Assembly: GCA_944390445.1 (NCBI GenBank)
Contig: CALXQB010000001.1
Span: forward strand, 140-40,139
Direction of reading: 5' to 3'
DNA from: an uncultured Clostridia bacterium
GTDB lineage: Bacteria; Bacillota; Clostridia; TANB77; CAG-508
DNA: 40,000 bases
The notes under the pieces are model-generated. The model was not told the DNA's origin. It did no database searches and saw only the letters and a list, made by a program, of their open reading frames with translations. Shown here one piece after another: positions 36,074 through 40,000 of the stretch; within the stretch, counting starts at the first letter, position 1, and each line of letters begins with the position of its first letter. Both the position numbers and the translations under genes were made by a program.

Positions 36074-37486
36074 TTATGCCTTGTAGAATGCTTCATATGC
36101 TCTATGTGCTTCGTAAATATCGAATTTGCTTGTTACTTCACATGGAGCATGCATAGATAATACAGGAATACCACAATCAATTACGTCCATTCCTTTATTC
36201 GCTAGAATGTAAGCAATCGTACCTCCGCCTCCTACATCTACTTTACCAAGTTCTGATAATTGATACTGTATATCATTTCTTTCGAATATATTTCTTACTT
36301 CTGCAACATATTCAGCATTAGCGTCTGATGCCCCTGATTTTCCTCTTGCTCCTGTGTATTTATTTAGTCCTACACCATGTCCTAAGCGAGCGCAATTATT
36401 TTTTTCAGATACTTGTGGATAAGTTGGGTCTAATCCTGCATCAACATCTGCTGACAACATTTTAGAATGGCAAAATACTTCTTCTAGCGCATTTGGTTTG
36501 TTTTCTCCTGTTTTATTTAATATTTCTGCCATAAAATGATCAAATACTTGAGATTCCATTCCCGTATTTCCCATGCTACCTATTTCTTCCTTATCAGCTA
36601 AAATACAAATTGCAGTTTTACTTGGTTTTTCGATATTTAAAATTGCACGTAATGCTGTAAAACTACATACTCTATCGTCTTGTCCATATCCTAAGACCAT
36701 ACTTCTATCTAATCCTAAAGTTTTACTTTGAAAAGCAGGTACTAATTCTAGTTCTGAACTCATAAAGTCTACTTCTGTAATTCCATATTTTTTATTTAAA
36801 ATATTTAAAATATTTAATTTTACTTTTTCAGATGCCTTTGTTTCTTCAAAAGGCATACTTCCCACTAGAATATTTAAATCTTCTCCTGCAATTCCCTCTT
36901 TTAGTTTCTTCTCCATTTGCTCTTGGGCTAAATGTGGTAAAAGGTCTGTTATTGTAAATACAGGGTCTTCTTCATTTTCTCCAATCGCTACTTCTATTTT
37001 TTCTCCATCTGGTTTTACGATGACACCATGAATGCTAAGTGGAATTGTTGTCCACTGATATTTTTTAATTCCACCATAATAGTGTGTTTTTAATAAAGCA
37101 AGCCCATTATCTTCATATAATGGATTTGGTTTTAAGTCTAGTCTTGGTGAGTCAATATGTGCCCCTACAATATTACATCCTTTCGTAAGGACTTCTTTTC
37201 CTATTACCGCTGCATAGATTGTTTTAGAACGATTACAATAATATACTTTGTCTCCCTCTTTTAAATTTTCTACCTGTTCTATATTTTGAAATCCATTTTT
37301 TTCTAGCATTTCTTTTGCTAATTTTGCCGCTTCTCTTTCCGTTTTAGCATGATTTAAAAAATAAATATATTCTTCTGCAAATTTGAAAATTCTTTCTCTT
37401 TCTTGTGGATTTGTTTTTTCCCATCCATTCTTCTTTTTTGCAAATAATTTTTCTTTTAGTTCTTCTCCATTTGGTATATCACTCAT
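36074..37486 (-). CDS. M18-family aminopeptidase
   Basis: Length and motifs (GAHIDSP, DKEEIGS, LSMHAP) typical of M18/M42-type aminopeptidases. Confidence 0.8.
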   Translation of the reverse strand: MSDIPNGEELKEKLFAKKKNGWEKTNPQERERIFKFAEEYIYFLNHAKTEREAAKLAKEMLEKNGFQNIEQVENLKEGDKVYYCNRSKTIYAAVIGKEVLTKGCNIVGAHIDSPRLDLKPNPLYEDNGLALLKTHYYGGIKKYQWTTIPLSIHGVIVKPDGEKIEVAIGENEEDPVFTITDLLPHLAQEQMEKKLKEGIAGEDLNILVGSMPFEETKASEKVKLNILNILNKKYGITEVDFMSSELELVPAFQSKTLGLDRSMVLGYGQDDRVCSFTALRAILNIEKPSKTAICILADKEEIGSMGNTGMESQVFDHFMAEILNKTGENKPNALEEVFCHSKMLSADVDAGLDPTYPQVSEKNNCARLGHGVGLNKYTGARGKSGASDANAEYVAEVRNIFERNDIQYQLSELGKVDVGGGGTIAYILANKGMDVIDCGIPVLSMHAPCEVTSKFDIYEAHRAYEAFYKA

Positions 37487-37750
37487 ATTTTTTCCTCCTT
37501 TTGATTTGCAAAGTAATAAAGTTCACTTTGTATTTTCTTAATTTTTCCAATTATATCATTCTTTTATTATATTAACAAGATTTTTAAAAATTATTCCTCT
37601 GATTATAAATTCTTGTTTTTTATGTTAACAAATGATATAATACTATTATTCTTATATAAGGAGTGATTTCTATGATGACCCGGGAGAAGATTTGCAAACA
37701 GATTGCTAGTTTAATCCAACCGAAAGAATTCCATAGCGTTTTCTATACAA

Positions 37751-37784
37751 AAAAGTGCTGGATTTATATGATTTCAGCACTTTT
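37751..37784. terminator. Bidirectional terminator after the SDR gene
   Basis: AAAAGTGCTG-N14-CAGCACTTTT, flanked by an A-run and a T-run. Confidence 0.75.
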
Positions 37785-37787
37785 CCC

Positions 37788-38783
37788 TTATTTTTCTATG
37801 ATCTTTCCTTGTTTTTTGAACCATTCAATCGTATCTTTTAGGGTTTCTTTTATGTTTCTTGGTTGATATCCTAATTCTTTTTTGGCTTTTTCAATAGAAA
37901 AATTGCTATTTGTTCCTAAAGTATATACTGCATATGAGGTAAATAATGGTTTTTGTTTTCGTATTTTGTAATAGATTTCAGATAAAAATCCGGTTGCAAA
38001 AGCAAACCATCTTGCAATTTTAAATTTTGGTGCCTTTACATGTGTTATATCTTCGATCATTTTCATTAAGTCTTTTACACTTACATAACTGCCTGCTAAA
38101 ATATAACATTCTCCTGCTTTTCCTTTTTCTGCTGCTTTTATAATACCATCGGCAACATCTCTAACATCTACAAAATTATAACCACCATCTAAATAAGCTC
38201 CTATTTTTTTATTAGCACAGTCTATTACCAATCGTCCTAAATTAGATGGAATATATTCATATGGTCCAATGACTCCTGATGGATGTGTTATAATGACTTC
38301 TGGCATTTCTGTAGCATTTTCCAATAAATATTTTGTTGCTTCTGCCTTTGTTTTTGCATAACTACCTTTAACAAGTTCAGATGAGAATGTTTTGGTTTCA
38401 GTCATAACAGTTCCTTTTGGTTCTTCTTTAATCGCATGAACTGAACTTGTATAAATCAATTTTTTCACTTTCTCTTCTTTACATGCTTGCAGAACATTTT
38501 TTGTTCCTTGTATATTTACTTCTCTCATTAACTTTTTATTTGTACTTCCTATTTCTATAATTCCTGCAAGATGGAATACAATTTCCGCCCCTTTAAATGC
38601 TTGTTTTAAGGTTTCGATTTTTCTCACATCACCATAAGCAAATTCAATCGGTAATTCTTGTAAAAATGTAATATCTTCCCCTTCTAGTACAAATGCTTTT
38701 ACCTCGTATCCTTTTTGAACCAATTCTCTTATTAAAACATTTCCGATATGTCCTGTTGCACCAGTTACAACACATTTTGGCAT
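37788..38783 (-). CDS. NAD-dependent epimerase/dehydratase (extended SDR, dihydroflavonol-reductase-like)
   Basis: Start MPKCVVTGATGHIGN after AGAGGTGAG. YxxxK active site (YAKTK). Confidence 0.8.
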   Translation of the reverse strand: MPKCVVTGATGHIGNVLIRELVQKGYEVKAFVLEGEDITFLQELPIEFAYGDVRKIETLKQAFKGAEIVFHLAGIIEIGSTNKKLMREVNIQGTKNVLQACKEEKVKKLIYTSSVHAIKEEPKGTVMTETKTFSSELVKGSYAKTKAEATKYLLENATEMPEVIITHPSGVIGPYEYIPSNLGRLVIDCANKKIGAYLDGGYNFVDVRDVADGIIKAAEKGKAGECYILAGSYVSVKDLMKMIEDITHVKAPKFKIARWFAFATGFLSEIYYKIRKQKPLFTSYAVYTLGTNSNFSIEKAKKELGYQPRNIKETLKDTIEWFKKQGKIIEK

Positions 38784-39070
38784 GTTTCTCACCTCTTTTG
38801 ATTCTTTTTCTTTATTATACCATATTTATCCATTCTTTCCCAGCATGTTCTGTCTTTATCTGTTATATATCTATCATTTTTAAAATTTCATATCTTCTCA
38901 TAGCTCCACAATTTTAAAACCAGATACTATTTGTCTTAGTGTCTGGTTCTCTTGTTTTTTATTCTATTTTTTCAACATCTATCCTCTCTTTTTTATAAGC
39001 ACACTTTCTTTACATTTACAACAATATTAATTCCCCCATACTTTATTGTATGAGGGAATTAATATAATCG

Positions 39071-39511
39071 TCACATTGTTTTATTCACCATCAATTGGTA
39101 TATATTTTTTTCAGGTAATTTTTCTTTTTCTTCTTTTTTTGGCACCTCTATTTTTAAGATTCCATTTTTGAGAGATGCTTTTATGTCTTCACTTCTAACT
39201 TCATCTCCAACATAGAAGCTTCTTGAGCATGAACCCATATATCTTTCTTTTCTTACATATTTTCCTTCTTCTTTTTCTTCTTTGTCGTTGTTTATAGTTG
39301 CATGTACTGTTAAATATCCATCTTCTACTTCAAGTTTAATGTTTTCTTTTTCGTATCCTGGTAAGTCAATATCAATGATGTATTTGTCCTTCTTTTCCTT
39401 AATATCTGTTTTCATCACTTTACTTTCGCCTTCTGTAAAAAATAGGTCTCTAAACATTTCTCCTAATAAATCAAATTCATGATTTCTTCTTGGTATCATC
39501 ATCATATCCAT
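39071..39511 (-). CDS. Hsp20/alpha-crystallin small heat-shock protein
   Basis: Alpha-crystallin domain (DIDLPGYEKENIKLEV...GILKIEVPK). Confidence 0.9.
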   Translation of the reverse strand: MDMMMIPRRNHEFDLLGEMFRDLFFTEGESKVMKTDIKEKKDKYIIDIDLPGYEKENIKLEVEDGYLTVHATINNDKEEKEEGKYVRKERYMGSCSRSFYVGDEVRSEDIKASLKNGILKIEVPKKEEKEKLPEKNIYQLMVNKTM

Positions 39512-39612
39512 CTACTTCCTTTCATTTTTTATGTGTTGACACCATTTAGGTAGCACATTTTTATTTTAAAAGATATCTTTTACTTTTTACAGTTATTATT
39601 ATAACACTATTT

Positions 39613-39639
39613 TTAGCAGTATCAAGTGGAGACTGCTAA
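39613..39639 (-). promoter_or_regulatory. CIRCE-like inverted repeat overlapping the hsp20 promoter
   Basis: Minus strand TTAGCAGTC-N9-TACTGCTAA versus the CIRCE consensus TTAGCACTC-N9-GAGTGCTAA. Promoter TTGATA (39620-39625), 16-nt spacer, TGtTATAAT (-10 at 39598-39603). Confidence 0.5.
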
Positions 39640-39808
39640 TTTTCACAAAACTTTCACATTTCGTTTAAGCGCCAACTATTTCAAGTTCTATCCGTTTATC
39701 TCGTTTTTATATTAAATTCAGTTTTGAATAAATTTATTAGTACTTATTGCCATTACGAGATTTATATACGTTTTACAATTACTAAATGTGATCTAACTTC
39801 AAATGCTT

Positions 39809-40000
39809 TTATTCTTCTTTTATCATGGCTTGAAAAAATTTGTAGGAGTCTGGACCGGTTTTCATTGTAGAAATTCCTCCTTGTGCTTTCCATCCACTAC
39901 TGCATAGTTGGTTTACATTTTTTACAATAGCTTCAACTCCTCTACTTATACTTGAGCTCTCACAAAAGACAACTTTATAACAACTTCCTTGATTATTCAT
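39809..40000 (-). CDS. Small hypothetical protein, may continue beyond the window edge
   Basis: The ORF reaches the last base of the window, so the ATG there may not be the true start. Confidence 0.4.
   Translation of the reverse strand: MNNQGSCYKVVFCESSSISRGVEAIVKNVNQLCSSGWKAQGGISTMKTGPDSYKFFQAMIKEE

Noticed and set aside
37663-37866. Full-length 67-aa plus-strand ORF
   Set aside because: It reads through a strong bidirectional terminator and into the antisense of the SDR gene. Only its 5' part is considered, in the finding at 37612-37786.

Overview
Chromosomal segment of a very AT-rich (about 30% G+C in my spot counts), endospore-forming Firmicute, probably Clostridia-like. About 48 protein-coding genes, nearly all on the minus strand. 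Confident core calls: a SpoIID-family gene, spoIIAA-spoIIAB-sigF, valS with a T-box leader, a CDF transporter, ctsR-mcsA-mcsB-clpC with a CtsR operator, a GH18/SH3 wall hydrolase, nfeD plus an SPFH gene, a split TauE pair, rarA, ruvA, tcdA, rluB, rluD, tagA, lspA, a tandem-OB SSB-like gene, murI, a GltD-like oxidoreductase, an M18 aminopeptidase, an SDR epimerase and hsp20. I found no rRNA, tRNA or CRISPR array, and no transposase, integrase or recognisable defence gene. The unusual content is mostly non-coding. (1) An orphan pilin-like/FGE-like gene lies downstream of a near-consensus promoter, a 26-codon ORF running through a (TG)19 microsatellite, and a 200-bp MITE. (2) GC-rich hairpins ending in CCCTACA recur in at least five intergenic regions. 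(3) A hairpin-rich composite repeat occurs twice, 25.5 kb apart, each copy just 3' of a foreign-looking gene. (4) A 104-nt palindrome built from four copies of one unit sits between valS and the spoIIA promoter. (5) A 111-nt element has perfect 23-bp terminal inverted repeats. (6) Three small stand-alone genes have clearly elevated G+C. (7) An overlapping two-gene operon has no recognisable domains. All functional readings of these are inference from sequence only. No database search was possible.
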